From Sarea resinae (Eukaryota), in contig JAPEUD010000025.1 of assembly GCA_026026165.1 (NCBI GenBank), positions 62,001 to 126,000 on the forward strand: a DNA stretch of 64,000 nucleotides, given 5' to 3'. How positions within the stretch are numbered: position 1 is the first letter of the stretch; every line of letters starts with the position of its first letter. The position numbers were made by a program, and so were the translations under genes. The notes below the pieces were generated by a model. That model ran no database searches and was not told the DNA's origin. It saw only the letters and a program-made list of their open reading frames with translations. Of the stretch, positions 1 to 12,810 are shown piece by piece.

Positions 1-1498
1 ACGTGCGGCGGATCGCTACTCTAGATGTTACGAAAAGAGTGGTGATTTCAGGCACTACTGACGTGCGCGACAGACTGGTCAAAAGGGCCGATCTTACTGT
101 CACTATTAGATGCAAGGCCAAGCACCTGGACTCCACCACTCTCTTAATATGAATCAGTTATGGGGCAATTGGTGGGATGAACGAGAAAAGAACGCCCCGC
201 TACTACATGTATCCAGTCTTCATGCGTGCGTGACGTGGGATTTATCACTGCTCTGATATCTTCATGTGATTGTTTTACAGAGCCCAGTCTCATAGCACCT
301 ACAGGTTCACTCTGTTTTATCCACAATTCTAGGTGATTATCTACAGTCCTTCTGAATGTAGCAGTATCATTTGGGTCATAACTGTCCAAGGGTTGAATGA
401 CAATTTTCGACTTTCTTGATTATCATATTTCATTATTTCGAACGAGGCATGAGCTCATCCATGGATCTCCCAACCTCTCTCGGGGGAGAGATGTAGTAAA
501 TTCCTACTTGAAAACCTCTATAGAGCGATTGAAGCGTTTGGCTGCCTTTTCATGCAATCAAGCCTATCTTTGCCAATCTTCATACCTCAACTACGTCCTT
601 CAGAGACTATATTCAAGAAATTGTATTCTATCCATTCCAAGCTTGATGTCTCTACGCCCAAGAAACTGGACCCCACATCATTCTTCTACGCTAGGCTGCA
701 TATTAGTCCCAAGGAGTTGGATATCAGCCTCCAACGTAATTCACACTCTTCACCTCAGACTGCTATTGTCAATATTGAAGAGAAAATTTCTTGATCAGAC
801 GACAACACGCCAACACTACCATAATATTGAATACTTTTTCCCGAACTTGAGTTTAATTATGTCAAGGTGAGCAGGTCTGTGTCATGGTACTCGATGGATT
901 TCCTGTCTTGGAAGCTCGGAATTAATATCTAAAGATTGTAGAATAATGGGAAATTGTAGAATGATGCTGGGTTTAGCTCTGATAGTATTGTGGCAGCGCC
1001 GAGCAGAGCCTTCAGAGTAGCTACCTGAAATCTATATCGTTCTTGAAATTTCTTGAAGCAATATCACCACGTTGATCGTCTTCAGAAGCAAAGATAATCT
1101 GTTCTCGAATTTAGTCTGACTTGCAGTGTTTCAAGGTGGGAAATGGAATCAATTCCTAGAAACACATGTAACCCTCGAAAACTTCCAGGTCATCAAAAGA
1201 CAAACTTGATCATTTGTAGAAGATCAACCCTGATTACCCATCTCGTAAACTATGAGATTCTATAGACACCTGAGGTTGCTGAAAGGAAAAGTTCAACCAG
1301 ATCCATCGTTGCGCTCAGTACTGCGGTAAAATAGGAGTTACCCTACTGCGTAGGTAGGTAGAAGTGACGCGTTTCGCGAATCAGTCAGCGCAAAATGCCA
1401 AGACATCGGATTGAGTCGAGACCACAGTTGCCTTTGCCGTGGACGTTCTCTACATATCAACTCCAGATCAACTGTTTCATCCGTTAGAGTTTGCCAAG

Positions 1499-2731
1499 AT
1501 GTCGAAGAAGACAGTGCATATTTCATCGCCGAAGCAATTCAACGACCTGTTGGCGTCGTCAACCATAGTTGTTGCAGACTGTGAGAGCTACTTGCCCCGC
1601 CCCCGCCCTCCCAACTAACCCAGACCGTATTGTCGTCGGCGACTTCGAATCTCTATACCTGGCTTTACTCGCTCTATGCCTCACGGAGTACTACTAATGA
1701 CTCTGTGTAGTCTTTGCAGAATGGTGTGGGCCATGCAAGCAAGTGGCGCCATATTATGAGAAGATGTCGGACAACCTCTCGCGGCCGCATAAGATCACTT
1801 TCTGCAAGGTCGATGTGGATCATCAGCAGCAAATCGCTGAGTCTTATGAAATCACGGCGTAAGTCCTGGATTGCAGCTTGCATCGCTTGGTCACATGTTG
1901 ATTTTGTGTGCTCTGTATAGAATGCCCACCTTCTTGATTTTCAAGAATGGCGCAACGGTCTCGACTATACGTGGCGTCGATCGTCAGAAGCTGGAGGAGA
2001 CCGTAAAGAAGCTTGCTGCTGAAGCAGAGTCTACTGGGTCATCCCGAGGGTTTGGAGATGCTAGTGGAAGTAGTGATGATTCCTGGATTGGAGCCAGTCT
2101 GCCCAAGGGATACAGGGACGTCACAGACCAAGTGGATGTCAGAAGCCTTGACTTGATGAACTCGGACAGCGAGTTCGGTGGTGCCAGAACATTGTTCAAT
2201 TTAACCAAGCCGTCGGGTGCGGCATCGGCGGAAGCGATAAAGGGCAAGGGCAAGGACAAGGCGTCAGGGGCCGAGGAAGAGAAACCGGACTGGGTTGAGA
2301 CTGATACGGACGAGCAGCTTATGCTCTTCATACCCTTTCAATCGATGGTCAAGGTCCACACCATACACATAACGTCCCTACCACCGAAGCCATCCGATGA
2401 CGACGACAGCGACGATCTGCCAATGCGACCAAAGACGATCCAGATCTACTCCAATCGCGCGCACATCTTGGGCTTTGAGGAAGCAGAAGACATCCCAGCT
2501 ACGCAGAGCATCACACTCGGACCGCGAGATTGGGATGAGAAAACCGGCACGGCGAAGATAGAGCTTCGATTCGTCAAGTTCCAGAACGTCACCTCGCTCG
2601 TCGTATTTATCGTGGACGGCGATGGCAGCAGCGAGCGGGTGCGGGTAGATAGGCTTCGCATCATTGGCGAGACGGGCGAGAAGAGAGAGCTGGGTAAGCT
2701 TGAGAAGATTGGTGATGAGCCCGGCGAGTGA
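1499..2731 (+). CDS. TXL1: Thioredoxin-like protein with C-terminal PITH domain (TXNL1/Txl1 family), 3 exons
   Basis: Exons 1499-1580, 1711-1858 and 1921-2731, joined by GT-AG introns. The spliced protein reads MSKKTVHISS...DFFAEWCGPCK (thioredoxin WCGPC site)...MPTFLIFKNG, then PITH motifs (ETDTDEQLMLFIPF, RFVKFQNVTSL). Confidence 0.93.
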
Positions 2732-5378
2732 TCTGATTTGGGTGTCATGTTCCTCTTGCTACTCTGAACTCGTTCACATCACATGTAACTGGCACCAGGA
2801 GGGCGTCGTAGGTAGATAGGAAAGGATACCAGCATCCAAATGATGCGTGATGAATGGTTTAGCCAATATTTGACCCTACGAATCTTTCAACGGACAGTAT
2901 ATAGCCCCACGAAACCATCGATTATCATCTCGAACGCCCACCTCTCTTCCGTTCCCCTCTTCACGTTCCCCCTCCCAGAGAAATGAAGTGATTTGTTCGA
3001 CCGGCGATTCCCCCGATCCCCGCCCACCAGAACGTGAATTCCAGAAGGGGGCCAGGAAACCGCTCTCAAAGCCGAGTATGCAATATATTCCTTCTGTGGC
3101 GCGACTGACACTTATAGGTCCCCATTAAGTGCAATGAAGCGGGAAAGACCAAGCAACACGGGAAATGTGAAATGTCGCGCCGCCGCACGAAGAAGAAGAA
3201 AAAAAAGATCAGAAGGCGGTCGGGCTGCGGCCGGTTTTATACGTAAGGTAGGTGGTGGGACTCGCTTGAGTCTTGGCATTTGCTGGTGCAAGCGAGAAAG
3301 TATTTTTACAATGGGATGGAGGCAAGTCCGAATGTCCTTCTCTCCCAACCATGGCTTATGATGAAGGGCATATCCCTTGCGGATGTGCTATTATTATAAT
3401 AGGAAGAGGATGATGCGGCTCCTTGCTGCGCTGATCTCAACTTGACAACTTTCTGAAGCCCGATCTCTTCGATGCTGCGCTTTTGGACGATATGTGCGTT
3501 CTGTGTTTCTCGCATTGCTTTGCTGGGCAGAGGACAGACGCTTTCTGCGAGTTGCGGCCGGTCGGATGACACATGTGGCTTGCGTATCTTCTCCTTCTCT
3601 TCGCCCGATGAGCTGAAATGCTCCTCCGTCTTGTCTGAGAGTTCGAAGACTGGTGTCACATACGACTGTGTCCGATAGAAATGTCCATCGAGAACTTGTT
3701 CGGCCCGGGAGAGCTAGACAGGTCCCAACCTTTCGAGCTTTACGCACCTTTGATCTGCTTGTAGCCTTCTTCTCCGCCTTACGTGCTGGCTTTGTTGTTC
3801 ACGGAGAGACAATGCGGCTGTTGCGACTATTTTGCTGCGTGCGCTGCGCTGTGTGCGGAATGTGGCTGGCTGGCTGGCTGGCCGGCCTCCACGCACTCTG
3901 GCTCAACTACAGTCTGGCTCAACTAGGTTCTCTTACAGGATCATGGAAGAGCGGAGAGCACCATCACATCATCCCAATCTCCCTTTCCCCATTCCTACCT
4001 TATTCACCTAATGGATCATCCATCCATACCCATCTCTGCAGGACACGATAATGACCCTTTGTGCTGTTCGAGTTCTCGGACTTTTATCGTCGAACGTCTC
4101 AGGCTTTGTTGACATCGGGTGGGTCCTTCCCCAAGTACGGTAGGTTGGTACCACTATCCTGTTGGATCGCGGCCAAAATTCATCATGTGCCTACTTGATG
4201 AGGTAGTTTGTCAATACCTGGGGTTGCCTTCGCGAGGCTAGGCGCTCGGCGGTGGAAAATTATAAGGTGAGGTAGGCATGCGGGGATCGAGTCGGGGTCT
4301 AAGGTATCTCATCGGATCCAAGGTATGCTGCCTCAAGTGCTGTTGGGGGGACGTGGTTTGCTGTCAAATGGAATGGATACTCATCGATGTTCCTACTCCG
4401 TCTTGTGCCACCTTATCCTGAGCCATTAACGTTGACCGTCGTTGTCGTCTGTCTCCGTCTCCTCTGGTTCTTTTAACGTACCAATTCACCTTGCTCGTTG
4501 GCTGTAGCTGCTGTGATAGGACTCCCTGGCAATGTAGGCCCGGTGAGGTAAGCAGCGGTGACCCGTCTATCTCATCCGCAGATGTCATCTTCGCCGTGTG
4601 ATTCCCCGCTGGCTTTCAGAGGCGCTGCTCATCCAGGGTGTCGACTGCCCGCACGCGGCGGCCGCTATTCGGGTCCGGTCTCTCGTCACGCGGTGTAGGA
4701 GAGCATAAGGAGAGGTGGAGTAGGGGGTGAAGCTCCAGATCGCTTCGGTCCTACCTACGTAGACGCCTGCCTGGTCTAGAGGTTTGGATGATGTTGTCGC
4801 GAGACGGAGCAGGCGTCTGTGATGTTATCGATACAATAGAGTGCGACATGGATCGGTGATAGATTCTCACTCAGCTTTGCCCATTGTTATATTCATCCTT
4901 CGCTAGTTTACAAGGTAGATGATCATGCCATTAGTTTCACAAGCAAGTTAAACTGGACTGTGGAGAGCAGCTTCTGATTGTTTTATATAGAGCCCAAAAA
5001 GAGGAGGAGTTAGTTCTGCTTTTTTCTGCTAGAGCAGGGGGCTATTCTTTCTTTTCTTTTTTTAATATAGCAAGTTGAGCTGGATTCGTTAGTCGTTGAG
5101 ATTGATAAGGGAAAAGAAGAGAAAGACAGTATGAAAGTGAATATTGAGAAAAGAGAGTGGAAAAGATACCGGAAAGGGTACTCGAAAGGAGGCTAGAAAA
5201 TGAGAGACCAAGGCGAAAGGGAGTAGGAAAAGACGATCCAATAAAAAGATAACCAGAAAAAGAGGGAATCAAAAATGAAAATCAAAAAGCAGGTAGACCC
5301 CAATAGACTAATCCCCAAAGAACAAGCTCAAAAGACGTGGAACCTTGCCAAAAAAAACCGAAAAAAAAACCTTCCTAC

Positions 5379-6392
5379 TTAGAACTTAGCGAATGGATTA
5401 AATCGCGAACTCGCGCGCCCCGGCTTTGGCAAAGCCGGCAATGGCTTGTTGGGATTAGCAACGGGATAGCGTTTGGTGGGTTGAGATGGGGGCGACAACC
5501 TAGGGTTGATGGTCGTCGTCGGCTGCTGTTTCTGGGAATACCGTCCCGCGGCCACCACGTGCGGCACAGGAGGTGGGATGTTATTGGCATCGTCCCGTGA
5601 GTTCTGAATACCTATACAACAGAAGCTCAAGTCCGAGTCAATGGAGTCTCGACGGCGGCTGGGGAATCGAACCTTGGACCTACCCTTGGGCGAATAGACT
5701 TTTGTTAGGGCCTTTTGCGCTTTAAGGGCATCCTTTTCGGCCTGTTGGTGCTGCTTGAGTATGGCAGTTTTGGTCTTGGCCTCTGCGCGCTGAGTATCCC
5801 GTGTGAGGCGCGACGAGTACTTCTTGTCTTGCGAAGTGCAGATCGCGGAACGCCCGTTGCTGCGGCCGTCAGGACGGTACTGACTGTAGACAGCAGGCGA
5901 CTGGGGAGGCCGATAAGTAGACGGTGGTGGCGGCGAAGGGGGGACGCGCTCGTCTTGATGGCGGGCTTCGCGGAGCGGTACGATCTCACCTACACTGTTG
6001 ATGATAAACATCATTGGGATACCATTCTTATCAGTAGCATACTTACCTCCATCGCAGGGGCGAGGATTGGCAGCAGCACGGGTGCGGAGCTTCGAAGGCT
6101 TGAAGGCCGAATCGATATCTGGTACGCGCCCGCCTGCGTTGTCGGAGATGTGGTAGAGGTGCTTGGCATCGCGCGGTGGAGAGATGTTCTTCTTCTGCAC
6201 CGGCTTGCTGCGTGAAGCGGTGGCGGCGGGCTTTTTGGCTTTCTGTTCCTTGTACATGGTCAGTAGGATGGCGGTGTCCGATGGAGGAAGGGCGTTGTAA
6301 CCTGCCAATGCGCGCTTCGCTGTGTATTTCACGCGCTGTAGTACTGAGGGTTGACAAGGAAGCGGTTCTAGTTTGGTGTGAATGTTTCGCAT
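5379..6392 (-). CDS. Hypothetical basic, Pro-rich protein (337 aa, intronless)
   Basis: 1014-nt ATG-initiated ORF with a TATATATAA-like stretch ~90 nt upstream on the minus strand. No recognisable domain; contains RRRDS, NKPLPALP and a terminal NPF. Confidence 0.6.
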   Translation of the reverse strand: MRNIHTKLEPLPCQPSVLQRVKYTAKRALAGYNALPPSDTAILLTMYKEQKAKKPAATASRSKPVQKKNISPPRDAKHLYHISDNAGGRVPDIDSAFKPSKLRTRAAANPRPCDGGKYATDKNGIPMMFIINSVGEIVPLREARHQDERVPPSPPPPSTYRPPQSPAVYSQYRPDGRSNGRSAICTSQDKKYSSRLTRDTQRAEAKTKTAILKQHQQAEKDALKAQKALTKVYSPKGRSKVRFPSRRRDSIDSDLSFCCIGIQNSRDDANNIPPPVPHVVAAGRYSQKQQPTTTINPRLSPPSQPTKRYPVANPNKPLPALPKPGRASSRFNPFAKF

Positions 6393-7545
6393 AGACCGGT
6401 CGAGGTATGCTATATAAGAGTAGTTTGGGGGACGGAAGGGAGAGAGTGGTGAAGCACTGTAGGGGAAGTGGATGGGTGAGCATTATATATATCGATTGAA
6501 AGAGGCTGGGATGAACAAGTCGATTGTGTTAGAGAAGACGAACAATTCCAGTGTCATGAACAAAGGCGAATAGCACCGTCTGTCGCATTGTTCGTTGTTC
6601 AGACGGTGCATAAACAACGTATCGCATTGCACGGATGCGTTTCTTTGTTAACGTCGCTAGACATGATTATTGAAAAGAAAAGAGGACTGAGGATCAAGGA
6701 ACAAAGCATTAGCATCAGTGCAGTTTACTCGAGAAATGTTGGTATGAACACCCAAGGTGTACAGTCCAGAGAAGGCAGAGATGCTGGAGTTGAGCTAATA
6801 TGATGTCAATTAGACCAAGGCTTTGAAGTCTGAATCCTTGAAGCAGGCATTTGTCTATCGAAAGAGCGTACACGACCGATAGAGACAGAATCTTGACCAA
6901 GGAAATGCATTAAAATTAAAAGATATGAAGGCTGAGGTTCAGACGGGGAGAGTTAGGCTTCGAGCATCTTTATGACAAACACCATGGGCTGAGGACTGGT
7001 ATCAGGTTCCTTCACCACGGCTCATGAAATGAAGCTCCATCGACTGAAGAACGGCAAGCAAGCCATAGCCGATGGAAGTATAGGTTGTGAACGTTGTCTT
7101 GACTACTCAGGTACCTATAGTACGATGCAAAGTGAAATCAGGTATGCTAATTCATGTACTAGTAGTTCATGAAGACAAAGAAGATGATGAATTCTCATCC
7201 ATACTCTCTTCTTGGCATCATCCCGGGACCAAGGCCTCTCCGTACGGCGTCGCAACACACAGTCGACGGCGGGAGCGCTACTCGGTGTGGCATCAGGCAT
7301 CTCAATTACATCGTGGTCCTTCAGAGATGATTCTCTCTTCAGACGGTGCATGTCTCCCATCTATCGACATTCGCCTCCCATCGCCGTCACTCAAGACGAC
7401 CCGACGAGAGGTAAACTTCCTATCCGGGACATTGTCTTCATCTCCAGAACCGCTGAGTCTCTTGTGACGGAGACTCATGGCAACTCAGCCCGCTGTGGAA
7501 GAAAAAGCGGTGGTCGTGGCTGGTTCTGTTAGCTTTTTGATAGGG

Positions 7546-7580
7546 AGAAAAGAAGAAAAGAAGAAAAGAAGAAAAGAAGA
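7546..7580. repeat. (AGAAAAGA)x4 purine-rich tandem repeat
   Basis: Directly visible 8-mer tandem repeat. Confidence 0.85.
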
Positions 7581-8132
7581 GGAGAAGAGCGAGAAACAAG
7601 GCTCGCTTTTGTCAGTGGGTGGAATTCGCGAAATCAGGTGACCTTTGCCGATTCACACCAGTACGCAACAAGGTAAGGTACCTTAGGTAAGTAAGTAGGT
7701 CACTGCTCAAGAGACCCCACCAGGCTGGACGCCTCCCCGCAGCAGTCACTACATGGTCGGCCGTCATCCATGGGCAGTCGGTGCACCTCTGATCGCTAAA
7801 GGGAAGTTCTCGCGACACCACGGCGAATAGTGAATAGTGAATACCTGAACGGCAGGAATGGACGATTCTCGGCCTTTTGCGCAAGCTATCGCCATCCTCA
7901 GAGGATACACCTGCACTTAGAGGTTTAGGACGCTTTTCGTCGTGGAAAACCCGCCACTGGTGTGTGTGTGACCGTACAGTAGTATAAGACCAGAGGGATC
8001 GCAGACCTTTTCCTGTCCCAGTGTCCGTATCTGCATCAGTGCACTTGTCCATCAGATAAACCAGTATTCTGTTTCTACCGCCCCTCATCCTCACTGTGAT
8101 CATCACCATTGCATATCATCATCATCATCAAC

Positions 8133-9750
8133 ATGCCTCCCATTGCAACCAACTCCCTGAATGGTGCCAATGGCAACACCCCTCTCAAAGCCACCGCCCC
8201 ATCCTTCCATCCTACGGGCACCCCAGACCCTTCACGATACCACGCAGCTTCCTCCGAGCAAGCCATCTCGGACGAACACAAATACGCGGCACACAACTAT
8301 CATCCCCTGCCAATCGTGTAAGAAGCACACACACCCTCTCCGGAGCCAGACGTTCCCTTGCAGTACTGACAGACGGCAGCTGCGCGAGAGCAAGCGGCTC
8401 GTCCGTGTGGGACCCCGAAGGCCGTCACTATCTCGACTTCCTCTCCGCATACAGCGCCGTCAACCAAGGCCACTGCCACCCGGAACTCGTCAAGGCCCTG
8501 ACCGAGCAAGCCTCGAGATTGACGCTGAGCAGTAGAGCTTTCTACAACGATGTCTTCCCCAGATTCGCCGAGACCGTCACCAAGACCTTTGGCTACGACA
8601 TGGTTCTGCCCATGAATACAGGCGCCGAGGCCGTCGAGACCGCCATCAAAGTTGCGAGAAAATGGGGATACAAAGTCAAGGGCATCCCAGAGAACGAGGC
8701 GCTGGTGTTCAGCGTGGCGGAGAACTTCCACGGACGGACGGTAATTTGGATCACATCTATATGCCGTCGCCTATCTGACAAGACGAATAGTTTGCTGCCA
8801 TTTCCATGTCCACGGACCCGGAATCCCGAGACAACTATGGCCCGTACCTACCAAACGTCGGCTGCGTCTGCCCCAAGACCAAGAAGGTCCTGCATTACAA
8901 CGACATCCCTGCGCTCCGCGAGATCCTCGAAGTCCACGGCGCAAACACGGCCGCATTTCTGGTCGAGCCCATCCAAGGCGAAGCAGGCATCGTCGTCCCT
9001 GACGAGAATTATCTCCGCGAAGCCAAGGCACTCTGCGAGAAGCACAATGTACTCCTGATATGCGACGAGATCCAGACCGGTATCGCGCGAACGGGCAGAC
9101 TGCTGTGCAGCGAATGGAGCGGCATCAAGCCCGATCTCGTGCTTCTGGGCAAAGCTATCAGCGGAGGTATGTATCCGGTATCCTGCGTGTTGGGCTCGAA
9201 GGAAGTGATGCTCACCGTCGAACCGGGCACTCACGGGTCGACGTACGGAGGCAATCCTCTCGGCTGCGCCGTCGCCATCCGAGCACTAGAGATCGTCAAG
9301 GAGGAAGGCATGGTCGAGCGGGCGGAGAAACTCGGCAACGTCTTCCGCCAGGGGCTCAAGAACCTGAACACGCCGGTCATCACGACGATCCGCGGCAAGG
9401 GCCTCCTCAACGCCATCGTCATCGACGAGTCCAAGACGCACGGCCACTCGGCCTGGGACCTGTGCATGCTCTTCAAGCAAAAGGGCTTATTGGTAGGCCG
9501 CGCCCTCAAGATCGCCCACGTCCGCGACGTGTCGGATGGCAAGTTTGCTGACGGAGAGTGCCAGGCCAAACCGACGCACCAGAACATCATCCGTCTGGCG
9601 CCGCCGCTCGTCATCACCGAGGCCGAGGTCCAGCAAGCGCTCGGCATCATCAAGGAGGCCATTGACGAGCTCCCGTCGCTGGCGGGCAAGAAGGAGGACG
9701 AGGTCGTGCCGCCGGCCGAGAAGAACGTCGTCATCGGTCTCGACGATTAG
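8133..9750 (+). CDS. CAR2: Ornithine aminotransferase (PLP-dependent class III), 4 exons
   Basis: Exons 8133-8317, 8380-8740, 8791-9492 and 9565-9750. Motifs [58 protein letters not shown] (PLP lysine), HGSTYGGNP and IIRLAPPL. Confidence 0.97.
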
Positions 9751-10140
9751 AACGAACGATCCTCTCATGCCATTTCTTCTGTTATCTACCTCAGCTCGGA
9801 TCTTAGAACGACGACAGATCCTCCGCCCCTTTTTTTCCTTGGGATGAATGATCAACGCTCCTCGCGCTCGAGCTAGTCGGCGCCCCATTCGTCGCGACTA
9901 GGAACTTAGTGGTTCAGATTTGGCCGAGTGGCAGCAATCCGGGTGGCACGTATGCGTTTTTCCTGTTCGGGACGCAATGATGCAAACCTAAGTGAACGGC
10001 GGGCTGGCTAAGGTATCTGGGCCGCAGATAGATAGAAGCTCTCATGGTTCCGATAGGGGATGAATGAGACTCTTCTGGTATTTCTGTCGGGCGCCTCTCT
10101 CGTTGTTCGCATCTAGCTGCGTTGGGCTCCTGGGTAGGTC

Positions 10141-10240
10141 TATGTTTTACTATGCTATATTATACTATACTAGGTATACTATTTTATACTATATCATACT
10201 ATCCTCTACTATGCTATAACATACCATACCACACCACAGA
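10141..10240. repeat. Degenerate AT-rich (TATAC/CATAC)-like pentamer tract
   Basis: Imperfect repetition of tatac/tatgc/catac units. Confidence 0.55.
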
Positions 10241-10799
10241 AGCACATCATAAACGTCCCAAAGTCCTGATTCCTACATAGTAGTCCCCAATCTCTAGTCG
10301 GGATGAATTGGTATTTCTTCATCTGCACGGCTGTAGTAGATGCATTGTCCAGTCAAGTCAAATGAATACTAACTCCAATTCTCAATGCCCAAGTTCACTC
10401 TTACCCACTTACCGACTCGTGTAGCGGAGGAATGCAGAAACGGTAGGACAATCGGTCTCGAATCGGGATTCTTGGAGGGAGGGTATTTTTCGTGTGAGGT
10501 CGATTATTGGAGACATTAAATATTATGTGATCGAACTAAGCCTCTACCCCTCTATCTACCTTATCTATCTATAAATCTATTCGCACGATCCGTATATCAA
10601 TCTATTCGAACGATCAGAACACAGACAAAGCAAACGATCCTTTGGAGCTGTGAGAGTTCAAACAAAACAACAAAAAGGGGATATCATATTTCTACAGAAA
10701 GCGAACCCTTGTCTGTGCGGCGAAGGAGAAAGAAAGAAAGGAAAACAGTCTTAGTATCCAGTCCAAAGGCCCGATTGCAATCAATCTCATACAGGCAGG

Positions 10800-11963
10800 T
10801 CAAAGAGCCTCCCACCCCTGCTCCAACGAGGAGCCATGACCACGACCACGACGGAGCGCGTGTCCTCGCTCGGTGTCGCTCGTCCAAATTTCCACTTCGT
10901 CGGACATGGTCACCGAGCCGCTGGTCGGCGTCTTCACGGAGACACTGTCGCTTTCGGTCGTGCAGTCCGTGAGACCGTCCCCGTCCCCGGCCCCGCCGCG
11001 GTCGTGGTGGTAGTCGTCGTACTCAGCCAGGTCTGGATGTTGGACGTCGACGTCGGCTCCTCCCAATCCCGAGTCAACCGCCACTTCCTGCTCCGGCTCG
11101 ATGGCCGAGATCCAGACTTTCTGCTTGCCGAGGGGATTCAATGGAAAGGCGATGTGTAGCAGGACAATAGGCACGACGTCGCCGCCCGCATTTGCCTTGC
11201 CCCAGCGCACACCTTGCAGGGCCTGGGCGTGGCGAGCCTGGCTCGTCGTCCAGGCATAGGGGTTGATATCGAAGGGAGATGCAGGACTGGGGGGTGGCAT
11301 GCGAAGCTGCCCCCTGCTGACGCGATACCGGTCGAGGTTCTGCACGAAACACGCACAGTAGTACATCGCATGACCGGCGACTTGAGCTGGCGGACACCGG
11401 CATGGGATTGTCGTCGAGGGCCGCGTCCTGATGATCTTGTTCAGGGAACAGAGCAATCCGAATCGAGTGTCCATCATCCCGAAGACGGAGCCCTGGAGGC
11501 CCGTCTTTAGGCGGATGCCCGTGTGCTCGCCGGCCATGATCCTGTTCTGGTAATCGGCCGATAGCCCCATCTGCTTCATCGTTCGCCGCCAGTGTCGTTC
11601 ATCGTTGGATATGAGGGTGTTTCCGGACACGCGGGTGATGTATTGCTTGGCCGAGAGAAGGATATCCGCGTGCTGTGGGAGGTGTATCAGATCATCGCAG
11701 TACATGTTCCAGATCTTTTGTGCGGTTGGGTTGTCTAGTTCGAGGAACTGTAACGTCTCGATACTATTCAGCTCATCCGGGATTATAACGTGAGCTGGCC
11801 GGCTGTAATCGATCGAACCCGGTGGCATGTAAGAGCTGTTCGAGATCATCCGGCTGCCATTTACAAGGCGAGCTTCGTCGCCTCGCGCTTGGAGTATGCG
11901 AATGGTGCTGGCCGAAAGAACCTTGCGACTGGCCGACGGAATTGAAGCATCGCAGTTTGTCAT
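10800..11963 (-). CDS. Hypothetical protein (~387 aa, intronless), possibly degenerating at the C-terminus
   Basis: Long ORF with first in-frame ATG at 11963. The N-half looks globular (IIPDELNSIETLQFLEL, WRRTMKQMGLS) and the tail is low-complexity and acidic. Confidence 0.6.
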   Translation of the reverse strand: MTNCDASIPSASRKVLSASTIRILQARGDEARLVNGSRMISNSSYMPPGSIDYSRPAHVIIPDELNSIETLQFLELDNPTAQKIWNMYCDDLIHLPQHADILLSAKQYITRVSGNTLISNDERHWRRTMKQMGLSADYQNRIMAGEHTGIRLKTGLQGSVFGMMDTRFGLLCSLNKIIRTRPSTTIPCRCPPAQVAGHAMYYCACFVQNLDRYRVSRGQLRMPPPSPASPFDINPYAWTTSQARHAQALQGVRWGKANAGGDVVPIVLLHIAFPLNPLGKQKVWISAIEPEQEVAVDSGLGGADVDVQHPDLAEYDDYHHDRGGAGDGDGLTDCTTESDSVSVKTPTSGSVTMSDEVEIWTSDTERGHALRRGRGHGSSLEQGWEAL

Positions 11964-12730
11964 GATGAACACGGATCTATAAAGATGACGTGCAAAAGCT
12001 GTGTGGATATGAGATGAGAATAAGCATCAGTATTCATATTCGTTAGACACGATGAGTCGAAGATGGGCAATATAATGAGCTGAGAGCATTGAATGAAGAC
12101 CGAAGATCTATGGTCAGCTTTGAGCCTGTGGCAGCAGCGATCGTCCGGCAAATATCAAAGGCCCAATGTGGTCAAGCATGAAGCACCGGTCAAGTCGCAA
12201 ATGTTCAAACCCAAACTTGGCAGAATAGACACAGGAAAATCGACAGAAACGATGACACGCAGCTGGATGTCAGTCACCGATCCAAGCCGGCAGCCCATGT
12301 CATTTTTCATCGCAGAGATGACACTTCGACGTCTGAATGCCATATGTGGAATATCATGTCCCAATCGGGTCAAGCATGAGGGTTGGCCGGTTTGCAAATG
12401 CAGACCTCCCGTAGCTGATTGTCCATCGTCTCGAGTGTCTCTCTTCAGAGGATCATGTGATCTTCTGATGGCAAGTGCGCCGTGAGACATCGCCGAAGAG
12501 ACGTCGAGCAATACGAAGGACGAAATTCGATGTGCAAGATGCTTGTCTTGCGGCGTTAGCAGTGGGCCATGTTCAACGACGCGAGCCAACGAGGTAAGTT
12601 GCATCGCGCTCCAAGAACCCCGAGGGCCGCCGTATCACTCAGAAGAATAAGCACGGCAGGATGAGATGGCCTTTGCCAACGTACGTTTACGACGTACGAA
12701 ATCACTCTCCCTCGTGTTGTTCCAGGCATG

Positions 12731-12810
12731 AGTATGGACGAGTATGGACGAGTATGGACGAGTATGGACGAGTATGGACGAGTATGGACGAGTATGGACG
12801 AGTATGGATG
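12731..12810. repeat. Minisatellite (AGTATGGACG)x7 plus one imperfect copy
   Basis: Seven perfect 10-mers at 12731-12800, followed by AGTATGGATG. Confidence 0.97.

Noticed and set aside
1..1330. Lower-GC stretch with short ORFs (144-389 -, 397-870 +); possible gene or transposon relic
   Set aside because: No recognisable transposase, RT or other motif, no terminal repeats visible, and the window edge truncates the context.
3306..4588. Several 70-130 aa ORFs between TXL1 and the 337-aa ORF
   Set aside because: Mostly non-ATG starts, no motifs and no consistent splice model.
12731..12810. Regular repeat superficially like a CRISPR array
   Set aside because: Head-to-tail 10-mers with no spacers, no cas genes and a eukaryotic context.
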